DNA of 64,000 nt from Gammaproteobacteria bacterium (GTDB lineage Bacteria; Pseudomonadota; Gammaproteobacteria; Eutrophobiales; Eutrophobiaceae). Location of the stretch: contig CAXMWX010000011.1 of the NCBI GenBank assembly GCA_963422205.2, forward strand, positions 132,686 through 196,685, in the 5' to 3' direction. Shown here piece after piece: positions 42,473 to 51,538 of the stretch (position 1 is the first letter of the stretch; every line of letters starts with the position of its first letter). The position numbers and the translations under genes were made by a program. Under the pieces are notes generated by a model. It was given only the letters and a program-made list of their open reading frames with translations, was not told where the DNA came from and ran no database searches.

Positions 42473-43636
42473 TCACCCTGATTCCGGCAGGAAACAGGCC
42501 AGCAGATCATTAAGATACCGGTAGCCATGGGCCGTAGCTTTGATCATCTTCTCATCATCGCATAACAAACCGGCGGCGATAGCGGCTTGATATGCCTGAT
42601 CACAGTCATCCAATGGCAAGCCCGTGCGTTGTTCAAACAGCCCTGCCGGCACACCCTCTCTCAAGCGCAAGGCATTCAGCATAAACTCAAAGATCCGCTC
42701 CGCCGCCGATACCCTGTGTTGCAGACTAATCACTGCCTGCCCGCCCGCTTTTTGCATATAACGTGCTGGCAGCTTGTGCCGGGTGCTGCGGATCACCTCG
42801 CCACTGTCATGCCGGGTCAATTTTCCGTGTGCGCCCGCACCGAGGCCGAGGTAATCGCCAAACTGCCAGTAATTTTTGTTATGCCGACACGGATACCCCG
42901 GCTGGCTGTAGGCCGAGACTTCATATTGCACAAAGCCATGCCGGTCTAATACAGCACATCCTCGTTCAAACATCTGCCAGAGCCGTTCATCATCGGGTAA
43001 GGCGGGCGGCATGGAATGAAAAACCGTACCGGGTTCAATGGTCAACTGATACCAGGAAATATGCTGTGGCCGTTGTGCGATGGCTGTTTGCAAATCCCGC
43101 AGGGCATGTTCCAATGATTGCCCCGGCAGGCCATACATCACATCAATATTGATATTGGTAAAACCGCAGTCCTGTGCCATCGCCACGGCAGCAAGCGCCT
43201 GCTTTTGGTCATGCACTCTGCCGATACGCTCCAGGCTGTCATCATGAAAACTCTGCACCCCAATCGACAAGCGGTTGACACCTGCCTGCCGGTAGCCCTG
43301 AAAATGCCCGGCATCCACCGCCCCGGGATTCGCCTCCAGGGTGATCTCGATATCACTTGCCAGGGTGAATGTATCCTCAAGATAGCCAAGCACAGCAGCA
43401 ATACTCTCCGCTGAGAATAAACTCGGCGTACCGCCGCCGAAGAAAACAGACTCAACCGGCGCATACGCACACGCCTCAGCCGCATACGCAATATCCCTCA
43501 ACAGGGCGGCGGTGTATTGTCTCTCCGGCAGATCAGATTTTCCATGCACATGGGAATTAAAGTCGCAATAAGGACACTTCTTTGCACACCAGGGCAGATG
43601 GATATAAATGGACAGCGGCAGCGGCGGCATCACCAT
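42473..43636 (-). CDS. hemW: Radical SAM heme chaperone HemW
   Basis: YIHLPWCAKKCPYCDFN, GGGTPS, EANP, HNKNYW. Confidence 0.94.
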   Translation of the reverse strand: MVMPPLPLSIYIHLPWCAKKCPYCDFNSHVHGKSDLPERQYTAALLRDIAYAAEACAYAPVESVFFGGGTPSLFSAESIAAVLGYLEDTFTLASDIEITLEANPGAVDAGHFQGYRQAGVNRLSIGVQSFHDDSLERIGRVHDQKQALAAVAMAQDCGFTNINIDVMYGLPGQSLEHALRDLQTAIAQRPQHISWYQLTIEPGTVFHSMPPALPDDERLWQMFERGCAVLDRHGFVQYEVSAYSQPGYPCRHNKNYWQFGDYLGLGAGAHGKLTRHDSGEVIRSTRHKLPARYMQKAGGQAVISLQHRVSAAERIFEFMLNALRLREGVPAGLFEQRTGLPLDDCDQAYQAAIAAGLLCDDEKMIKATAHGYRYLNDLLACFLPESG

Positions 43637-43653
43637 GCACCCTGGCCTTGCGC

Positions 43654-46600
43654 TCAGAGACTGGGTTTTTCAGCAACAGCCGGCGGCACCTCGGCCCCTC
43701 GCCTGCCAAACACCGATTCCAGTACCAAGGATAACAGGCACGGCACGAACGTCAGTGTCACAACGATAGAGAACAACAGGCCGAATAACACAATCACCCC
43801 CAGCCCCCGATACAACTCCGTGCCTGCACCAGGATAGAAAACCAGCGGTGACAAACCAAAAATGGTCGTGATGCTTGAGATCATCACCGGACGTAAACGG
43901 GTGCGGGTGCTTTCCAGCACAGCCGCTTTCACCGCCATGCCTTTTTGCTTGATATTTTTCACCGCCCGGTCGACCACCAGGATAGGATTATTCACGACTG
44001 TGCCGATCAACACCAGAAACCCCAGCATGGTGATCACATCGAAAGGCTGATGCACGGGAGCAAAACCAAATAACGGCAAATGCCCGCCGATAAAGTTCAA
44101 CAGGCAGATGCCTGCCACTCCGCCGGCAATGCCGACCGGCACCGAAGTCATGATGATGAATGGGTAACCCCAGTGAGAGAAAATCGCAACCAGCAGTAAA
44201 TAAGACAGCAAGATGGCAATGATAAAGTTCGCCGACAGGGAATCACGGGTTGCAATCAAGCGATCGTTAGCCCCCGTGATCGTCATATCAATACCCGCCG
44301 CCACCTGCTGATCCGTATTAAGCGCATCAATGATGCCGCTGCGTACTGTCTCCACCCCCGCTTCCAATGCGATGTTTTTCGGTGGCACAATGCCCAGTGT
44401 TATCGTCCTGGCCCCATCCACCCGGCGTATGGTACCGGTATTGACCGATTGCTTGATCGATGCCACAGCCCCTAACGGCACAACACCGCCGGCCGGTGAA
44501 TACAGCAGGATATTTTCCACATCATCAGGTTGGCTGATCGTGCCGTGTGTTGAGTAGACATACATGTCTATCTTGTCATCGCCCAGAAAAAACTCATCCA
44601 GGAAGGCACCATCGGAATAGGCCCAGATCATATACCCCAGCTCATCTGCATCCAGCCCCAATTCACTGGCACGCTCCCAGTCCGGGCGGATCTCAAGCAT
44701 CGGTTGTCCCATGGTCAATGAGGATGGGGTTGGGCGGATTCGTGGGTTATCAAAGACCTGATGGGCGAGTTCAAATGCCCTGGCCGCCGTGGCAAACAAC
44801 AGCACCAGATCGGTGCCAGCCAGTTCCAGATTAATACTGCGGCTGCCACCAAAATTACTGGAAAAAATAGAACCACGGGAAGCAAACGCATGAATGCCCG
44901 GGATCCCGGCGGCCATCTCGCTGATCACCTGCACCAGATCATCTGCCTGCTTCCTGCTGGTCGCCTCCGGCAGGATCATATTCCGCTCTGCACCGGCATA
45001 GCCCAGGACAAAATTCAAGCCCGGCACCTCGCTCTCACCACGGGCATATTTTGCCGGGTCCTCGCCCACGTATGGCAGCAATTCCGCCTCCAGCTGACGA
45101 TAAATCCCGTGCATTTCATGCACATTATACCCGGGCGGGGCAAACAACATGGTAAAGACCTTCTGCTCCTCGCCCTCCGGCAGATATTCAGCCTTCGGCT
45201 TCAAGGAGAAAATAAATGCACTAAACAGGCAGATGAGCAGAATAAAAACCAAGCGGCGGCGGGTGTTTTGCAGCAGCCAGGCAGTAAAACCTGCAATCCC
45301 CTCAGCGGTTCTCTGCCCGGCGGCATACCAGCCCCCCTTATCATGCCGAACTGTCATGGGCTGTAAACAACGACTGGCAATCGCCGGCACCACGGTAATC
45401 GCCACCAGCATGGAAATAAATATCGATGCGGAGATAGCAATGGCAATATCAGAATACAGCTGGCCGGCCTCTTCCTGGATAAACAGCACGGGCAGGAATA
45501 CAAACACAGTGGTCAGTGTGGATGCAAGCACCGCCGGCCACACCTCGGTCACGCCATCTAATGCCGCCTGCATCCTGGCTTTGCCCTGCTGTATATGTCG
45601 GTAGATATTCTCCAGCACAACAATGCTGTTATCCAGCGTCATGCCGATGGCAAACGCAATACCGGCCAGGGAGATCACATTGATGGTGCGGCCAAACACC
45701 AGCAGGCCCAGAAAAGCCGCAATGGTACACACCGGTATACCCACAGCCCCGGTCAGGGTCGCCGAGACCGAGCGCAGAAATAAAAACAGCACCAGCACCA
45801 CCAGCACAGCACCAAGCAGTAAATTACGCCGTACATTGCTGATCGAATCCTGCACGTACTTGACATCATTGCTTATCATCGTCAGTTGCAAACCCTCGCT
45901 CCTCATCATCTCCTGATTGAGCTCGTCAACCTTCTGCATGACAGCATCCATCACTTCAATCACATTAGCGCCGGTTTGCCGCCGGATCCCTATTGTGATG
46001 TTAGGTACGCCTCCCCGGTAGGAGAAGCTGCGAACTTCAAATGTCGACAGCTCTGCATAGCCAACGTCAGCCAGGCGTATGAATGACCCGTCACGATGTG
46101 CGATCACCGTGTTTTCGATATCCTCAATGGTGTCGAACCGGCCAATGGTGCGGAGTAAAAACCGATGCTTGCCGCTGTCCAGATCGCCGCCCGACATATC
46201 CCGATTACGCGCCCGGACAGCATGACGCAATGCCGTTAAGGTGATCTGCCGTTCAGCCAGTTTGACCGGATCAACAAACACCTTGATCTGCCGCTTTGCA
46301 CCGCCCCAGATACTGGCCTCGGAGACGCCGGGCACCCGTTCAAGCCGGGTTCTGACATGATCAGTGATGAAGTCTTGCAACATGATCATGTCGACATTTT
46401 TCGGGTTCCCCGGCAGGGGCGTGGTGCTGAGAAAAATAAAGGGATTGTTGGAGAAGGAACTGGTGACAATACGTGGCTCATCCACGTTTTCCGGGTAACC
46501 GGGCACCTGCGATAAGGCATTGTTCACCCGGATCAACAGCTCATTGATATCGGTGCCATGCGGGAACTCCAGCTCGATCTCGGCACGGCCTGTCGTGGCC

Positions 46601-46842
46601 TTGGAAATCATCCGCTCAAGGCCGGGGATACGCCGTAGATACTCCTCTTGTTCAATGATAATTTCCTGCTCCACATCCTGTGGCGTTGCCCCGGGCCAGA
46701 GGGTCGTGACGGTGATTGAGCGAACATCCAGATCAGGGATCATCTGAATCGGTATTTTGTTGATGGCAACGATGCCGAACAAGCAGACAATCAACACAAT
46801 CACAGAAACAATGATCGGCTTTTCTATAGCAAACTTAAACAT
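43654..46842 (-). CDS. RND efflux permease (AcrB/AcrD/AcrF superfamily)
   Basis: 1062 aa; PGATPQDVE, GMTLDNSIVVLENIYR, TRLRPVMISS. Confidence 0.93.
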   Translation of the reverse strand: MFKFAIEKPIIVSVIVLIVCLFGIVAINKIPIQMIPDLDVRSITVTTLWPGATPQDVEQEIIIEQEEYLRRIPGLERMISKATTGRAEIELEFPHGTDINELLIRVNNALSQVPGYPENVDEPRIVTSSFSNNPFIFLSTTPLPGNPKNVDMIMLQDFITDHVRTRLERVPGVSEASIWGGAKRQIKVFVDPVKLAERQITLTALRHAVRARNRDMSGGDLDSGKHRFLLRTIGRFDTIEDIENTVIAHRDGSFIRLADVGYAELSTFEVRSFSYRGGVPNITIGIRRQTGANVIEVMDAVMQKVDELNQEMMRSEGLQLTMISNDVKYVQDSISNVRRNLLLGAVLVVLVLFLFLRSVSATLTGAVGIPVCTIAAFLGLLVFGRTINVISLAGIAFAIGMTLDNSIVVLENIYRHIQQGKARMQAALDGVTEVWPAVLASTLTTVFVFLPVLFIQEEAGQLYSDIAIAISASIFISMLVAITVVPAIASRCLQPMTVRHDKGGWYAAGQRTAEGIAGFTAWLLQNTRRRLVFILLICLFSAFIFSLKPKAEYLPEGEEQKVFTMLFAPPGYNVHEMHGIYRQLEAELLPYVGEDPAKYARGESEVPGLNFVLGYAGAERNMILPEATSRKQADDLVQVISEMAAGIPGIHAFASRGSIFSSNFGGSRSINLELAGTDLVLLFATAARAFELAHQVFDNPRIRPTPSSLTMGQPMLEIRPDWERASELGLDADELGYMIWAYSDGAFLDEFFLGDDKIDMYVYSTHGTISQPDDVENILLYSPAGGVVPLGAVASIKQSVNTGTIRRVDGARTITLGIVPPKNIALEAGVETVRSGIIDALNTDQQVAAGIDMTITGANDRLIATRDSLSANFIIAILLSYLLLVAIFSHWGYPFIIMTSVPVGIAGGVAGICLLNFIGGHLPLFGFAPVHQPFDVITMLGFLVLIGTVVNNPILVVDRAVKNIKQKGMAVKAAVLESTRTRLRPVMISSITTIFGLSPLVFYPGAGTELYRGLGVIVLFGLLFSIVVTLTFVPCLLSLVLESVFGRRGAEVPPAVAEKPSL

Positions 46843-46865
46843 GGGGCAAATTGAAACATGGCAAA

Positions 46866-47993
46866 CTAATTGATCTTAAATTCAACCTCTTCGATAATCG
46901 CAATGGCCTGATCATCCTTCAGCCGCTCATTCCCGCGGATGACCACCAGGTCGCCGGGGTGCAACTCATCGGAAATGATCTCGATCTTTTGTGCATAGCG
47001 ACGCCCGGTCTCTACCTGGAGTTGCCGGGCCCGAACAGCATCGCTATCCACCCGCCAGATTGTCCCGGAGCCGTCCGGCTTTCTTACAATCGCATCGTCA
47101 GGCAACAAGATGACTGCCTGATTATTGCCGGACTGCAAGCGAAAAGTCACCCGCGCTGACATGCCGGGCGCAAACAGCCCCTGGCCGTTATCCAGGGCGA
47201 TCATGACCGGAAATGTGCGGGCATTGTCGCTGCCCAGCGGAATTTTTCTCTCCACCTGCGTTGAAAATACCTGATCGCTGTACGCATCAAACCGAACCAT
47301 GGCCTCGGTGCCGATATGCAGGCGATGAAAAAAATGCTGTGGCACGGGCACGATGATGCGTAACACCTGCATTTCAGCGAGTTCAAACAAGGCCGTATCC
47401 GGGTTCACCCATTCCCCCTGCTCAACAAACTTGGCGGTAATCACGCCATCGAAAGGAGCAAATATCACATGTCGGCTGACAATACGGCGCTGGCGGGCAT
47501 GTTCGTGTTGCAGACGCTCAAGTATGGCCGCATACCTGTCGACCTCGGCCAGATAAGCCGCATAATCGCTCGCTGGTATGTGCTTGTCCTCCAGCAGTTC
47601 AGCAGCATTGTTTCGCAATCTGATGGCCTCCTGCAAGACCGCTTCGGCCTCTTTGACCTGTGCTGCTATCCTCTCGCTGTCAATAACAGCCAGTTCATCA
47701 TCCAGCACCAGCAGCCGATCCCCCTCACGGACTGCATCGCCCCGGTCCACATGAATACGCAAGATAAGGCCGGCTTCATGCGGGGAGAGCCGTGATGTGC
47801 GTTTCGTGATGACCGAGCCGGTTAAGGGGACTTCTTCGTATATCGGCATGGATAAGGCACGTGTCACCTTCACAGGCACGGCGCTCTGCTGCTGTGCTGC
47901 GGCCATGGCCAGACCTGCAAGCAGAATAACAACAGTGCCGATGACAGGCCGTATCATGCCCCGTATCATTTCTCTCACACCCATGAAAGACAT
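46866..47993 (-). CDS. RND periplasmic adaptor (MFP)
   Basis: Lipoyl-like VDRGDAVREGD, IFAPFDGVI, PGMSA; start is 47993 or 47969. Confidence 0.9.
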   Translation of the reverse strand: MSFMGVREMIRGMIRPVIGTVVILLAGLAMAAAQQQSAVPVKVTRALSMPIYEEVPLTGSVITKRTSRLSPHEAGLILRIHVDRGDAVREGDRLLVLDDELAVIDSERIAAQVKEAEAVLQEAIRLRNNAAELLEDKHIPASDYAAYLAEVDRYAAILERLQHEHARQRRIVSRHVIFAPFDGVITAKFVEQGEWVNPDTALFELAEMQVLRIIVPVPQHFFHRLHIGTEAMVRFDAYSDQVFSTQVERKIPLGSDNARTFPVMIALDNGQGLFAPGMSARVTFRLQSGNNQAVILLPDDAIVRKPDGSGTIWRVDSDAVRARQLQVETGRRYAQKIEIISDELHPGDLVVIRGNERLKDDQAIAIIEEVEFKIN

Positions 47994-47995
47994 GA

Positions 47996-48616
47996 CTAAC
48001 CGGCCATGGCCGCCACATCTGGCAGGCTGGTCAATAGCTGCTGTAATGCCCTGGCCCGATGGCTTACCCTGTTTTTCTGCGGCGCCGGCAGTTCGGCGGC
48101 GGTACACCCCTCAGCGGGCAGATAGAAAACAGGATCATAACCGAAGCCATGTTCTCCTCGTGGCTGCATGGTGATCTGTCCATGCCAACTGGCTTGTGCA
48201 ATCAACGGCATCGTATCTTTTTCTGATCGGAGATAAACAATAGCACAATGGAAACAGGCCGTGGCTGGTTCATCGCCTTTTGCCAGCAGATTATTCAGCA
48301 GTAATTGCAGGTTTTCCTCATCGGTTGCCGCCGCACCGGCATACCGGGCTGAATAGATACCCGGCTCACCGCCCAGCACATCAACCTCCAGGCCGGAATC
48401 ATCCGCCAGCACCGCCAGCCCGGTATGCCTCGCTGCATTCCTGGCCTTGATGAGCGCATTCTCGATATAGCTCAACCCGGTCTCCCTGGCAGCCGGTACG
48501 TTGCATGCAGTTTGCGCCAAGAGCCGGATGTTGATCGATGATAACAGCGCAGAAAACTCACGCATCTTGTCGCTGTTACCACTGGCTAACACGACCGTTG
48601 GCAAGGCCGCATTCAC
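47996..48616 (-). CDS. rdgB: dITP/XTP pyrophosphatase RdgB
   Basis: [33 protein letters not shown]. Confidence 0.96.
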   Translation of the reverse strand: MNAALPTVVLASGNSDKMREFSALLSSINIRLLAQTACNVPAARETGLSYIENALIKARNAARHTGLAVLADDSGLEVDVLGGEPGIYSARYAGAAATDEENLQLLLNNLLAKGDEPATACFHCAIVYLRSEKDTMPLIAQASWHGQITMQPRGEHGFGYDPVFYLPAEGCTAAELPAPQKNRVSHRARALQQLLTSLPDVAAMAG

Positions 48617-49329
48617 GTCGACAAGGCCTCCTGCTGCAAGGCAATCAGCCGGGCAATACCCGCACTGCCAATGGCCAGCAGCCGCTCAAGCTGTGCTGCT
48701 GAGAAGGGCTGTCCTTCAGCCGTACCCTGAATTTCAATATATTCCCCTTTGCCATTCATCACGAGATTCATATCTGTCTCAGCGATGGCATCCTCGGCAT
48801 AGTCCAGATCAAGCACGGCAGTCCCCTCGCAAACGCCGACTGATATGGCGGCAATCGGCCCGATGATGGGGTCCTGGGTGAACATGCCCTTCGCCATGCC
48901 GGTCTTAACCGCATCCACCAGCGCAATATACGCACCGGTAATGGCGGCGGTGCGGGTACCTCCATCGGCCTGTAGCACATCACAATCCATGATGATGGTC
49001 TTCTCCGCCAGCAACTTCAGATCAACCGCGGCACGGAGACAACGACCAATCAGGCGCTGTATTTCCACCGTGCGCCCCGCCTGCTTGCTCTGGGCCGCTT
49101 CTCTTCGCATCCGACCATGCGTAGCACGTGGCAACATGCCGTATTCAGCCGTCAGCCAGCCCTTGCCCTTGCCTTTGAGAAACGCCGGCACTTTCGGCTC
49201 GATGCTGGCATTGCACAGGATGCGGGTGCGGCCAAATTCCACCAGCACCGAGCCCTCCGCATGGCAGGTATAATGGCGGGTGAATGTGACCTCTCTTAAC
49301 TCATCAGCCTGACGATTGTTTGCACGCAT
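48613..49329 (-). CDS. rph: Ribonuclease PH
   Basis: [38 protein letters not shown]; 238 aa. Confidence 0.97.
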   Translation of the reverse strand: MRANNRQADELREVTFTRHYTCHAEGSVLVEFGRTRILCNASIEPKVPAFLKGKGKGWLTAEYGMLPRATHGRMRREAAQSKQAGRTVEIQRLIGRCLRAAVDLKLLAEKTIIMDCDVLQADGGTRTAAITGAYIALVDAVKTGMAKGMFTQDPIIGPIAAISVGVCEGTAVLDLDYAEDAIAETDMNLVMNGKGEYIEIQGTAEGQPFSAAQLERLLAIGSAGIARLIALQQEALST

Positions 49330-49469
49330 TGGATCTCCACCTTGCTGAAATACAGGCAGTATAACCGGATTCCACCGCCGGATATATTTGCCCGAATACA
49401 TTTGCCCCGATACGTTTACCGACTCATCTTAAATCGGTAGTATTAGCCGCATTCAACAATCGGAGATAA

Positions 49470-50330
49470 GTGATGGTTGCCAGTATGACAGCATTTGCAC
49501 GGCTGGAAGAGGCTGGTGACTGGGGCAGTGCGGCCTGGGAGATACGCACAGTCAACCACCGCTATCTCGATATCTCCCTGCGTTTGCCGGACGCATTACG
49601 TGTGCTGGAAAACACAGCACGTGAGCAGATTGCCGCCAGGCTCACGCGCGGCAAAGTTGACTGCCTGTTGCGCTGTGAGGTGGATGGCACAGCGGATGAA
49701 TTTCGCGTGAACATGGCGCTGGCCAGGCAGGTGATCACGGCAGCGAAGCGGCTGGGCCTCCCGGGCCCGGCCAGCATTAACCCCCTGGACGTGCTGCGTT
49801 GGCCGGGCGTGCTGGAGGGAGGGCGGCTAGCCGTGGATACCCTGACCCCACCCATCACCCGCCTGCTGCATGAAGCCCTGGATACCATCGTGACCATACG
49901 AGAGAGAGAAGGCAGCAAAATGCAGGGGCTCATCCAGCAGCGCTGCGATTCCTGCCGACAGCACATTGAGCAGATACGCCAGCATGTCCCGACCATCATC
50001 TCAGGTATCAGGGACAGATTCTTAACCCGCGCCAGGGAGACCGGGCTGATCCTGGATGAGGGCCGGCTGGAGCAAGAGCTGCTGCTGATCTGCCAGAGGA
50101 TGGATGTGGCGGAGGAGCTGGAGCGGCTACAGGCGCATATCGATGAGGTGAGCAGCGTACTACAGCAGGATAAACCGATCGGCAGGCGGCTGGATTTTCT
50201 CATGCAGGAGATGCACCGGGAGGCCAATACCCTGGGGGCGAAATCTGCCCACCTTACCATGCGTAACGCCTCGGTTGATCTCAAGGTGCTAATAGAGCAA
50301 ATGCGAGAGCAGATACAAAACGTAGAATAA
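49470..50330 (+). CDS. yicC: YicC/YloC endoribonuclease
   Basis: SMTAFAR, VNHRYLD, GRRLDFLMQEMHREANT, EQIQNVE. Confidence 0.95.
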   Translation: MMVASMTAFARLEEAGDWGSAAWEIRTVNHRYLDISLRLPDALRVLENTAREQIAARLTRGKVDCLLRCEVDGTADEFRVNMALARQVITAAKRLGLPGPASINPLDVLRWPGVLEGGRLAVDTLTPPITRLLHEALDTIVTIREREGSKMQGLIQQRCDSCRQHIEQIRQHVPTIISGIRDRFLTRARETGLILDEGRLEQELLLICQRMDVAEELERLQAHIDEVSSVLQQDKPIGRRLDFLMQEMHREANTLGAKSAHLTMRNASVDLKVLIEQMREQIQNVE

Positions 50331-50968
50331 TGGGCAAGCACACAGCAACACCCGGCGGGTTGTTATATGTCATCTCAGCACCCTCGGGGGCCGGCAAGAC
50401 CTCGCTGATCAAGGCATTACTGGCAAGCCACCCTGACTTGCATGTTTCGGTCTCGCACACAACCCGGGCCAGACGTGCCGATGAGAAAGCGGGGGAAGAC
50501 TACCATTTTGTCAGTGAGGCCGAATTTCTACGGCTAGTCGATAACGATTTATTTCTCGAATATGCCAGGGTGTTCGATCACTTCTATGGCACCTCAAAAC
50601 AGTGGGTAGCACAACAACTGCACAACCACCAGGACATTATCCTGGAAATCGACTGGCAGGGCGCACAGCAGGTGCGCCGCCTGCTACCAGAAGCAGTCGC
50701 CATCTTTATCCTGCCGCCCTCACTCGCCGCCCTGGCACAGCGGCTTGCCGTCCGGGGCGATGATGCCGCGACCATTGAACGGCGGATGAATGAGGCCAGA
50801 GGCGATATACAACACTACCGGGAGTATGACTACCTCATCATCAACGATGATTTTGAACAGGCCAGGCAGACGCTGATGGCGATCGTGGCGGCCAGTAAAC
50901 ACAGCTACCGCCAGCAGGGCAGCTACTTTGATCTCGTTGTCGAGCAACTGTTGCTTGCCGACCGATAA
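50330..50968 (+). CDS. gmk: Guanylate kinase
   Basis: SAPSGAGKTS, SHTTR, EIDWQGA, FILPPS. Confidence 0.97.
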   Translation: MGKHTATPGGLLYVISAPSGAGKTSLIKALLASHPDLHVSVSHTTRARRADEKAGEDYHFVSEAEFLRLVDNDLFLEYARVFDHFYGTSKQWVAQQLHNHQDIILEIDWQGAQQVRRLLPEAVAIFILPPSLAALAQRLAVRGDDAATIERRMNEARGDIQHYREYDYLIINDDFEQARQTLMAIVAASKHSYRQQGSYFDLVVEQLLLADR

Positions 50969-51026
50969 TTCAAGTACACTAATCATCCTGACTTTTGATC
51001 ATTGACATACCAAACAGGTGAGATAA

Positions 51027-51425
51027 ATGGCACGCTTAACCGTTGAAGATTGCTTGCAGATTGTAGATAACCGTTACGATCTGGTGTCACTGGCCAGTAA
51101 ACGCGCCAGGCAACTGGGCAAGGGCATTGAACCCCTGCTGGAAGCTGAAGCAGATAAACCCACGGTGATCGCATTAAGAGAAATTGCCGCCGGGCGGGTC
51201 AACGATGCGAATATTGACAAGCTCGGCCAGCCGCAATTTGATGAGGAGATGGACAGGGATATCATGAGCGCCATGGAATTCAAGGCCGCCCTGCCGGGGG
51301 CAACCCCGGCCAATCATCTGGATCATCGGCCTGGCACACAGTTCAACCATCAACTGAGCTATCATCCTGGTCATCAGCCCGACAATCGCCCTGGCCATGA
51401 TCCCGGTAATCAGCCAGAGGATTAA
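51027..51425 (+). CDS. rpoZ: RNA polymerase omega subunit with C-terminal repeat extension
   Basis: [26 protein letters not shown]. Confidence 0.95.
   Translation: MARLTVEDCLQIVDNRYDLVSLASKRARQLGKGIEPLLEAEADKPTVIALREIAAGRVNDANIDKLGQPQFDEEMDRDIMSAMEFKAALPGATPANHLDHRPGTQFNHQLSYHPGHQPDNRPGHDPGNQPED
51306..51425 (+). repeat. Degenerate 12-bp tandem repeat (about 10 units) in the rpoZ 3' end
   Basis: ccggccaatcat, ctggatcatcgg ... cctggtcatcag, cccgacaatcgc, cctggccatgat, cccggtaatcag. Confidence 0.7.
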
Positions 51426-51538
51426 CGTAAAACACCTGCCCCTTAACGATCACTGCTTGCCTGTGCTGGCCCCGCCCGGTGCCCGGCTGATCCGGCAAAA
51501 ATCAGTCAAAGCCGCCATTCTGCGTTACACTGTAACTC

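Noticed and set aside
49562-50341. Long antisense or alternate-frame ORFs (also 2744-3493, 6100-6762, 18954-19619, 26611-27312)
   Set aside because: They shadow well-supported genes, carry no recognisable motifs, and are expected at this GC content
51306-51425. CRISPR-like array
   Set aside because: The units are contiguous degenerate 12-mers inside a CDS, with no spacers and no cas genes
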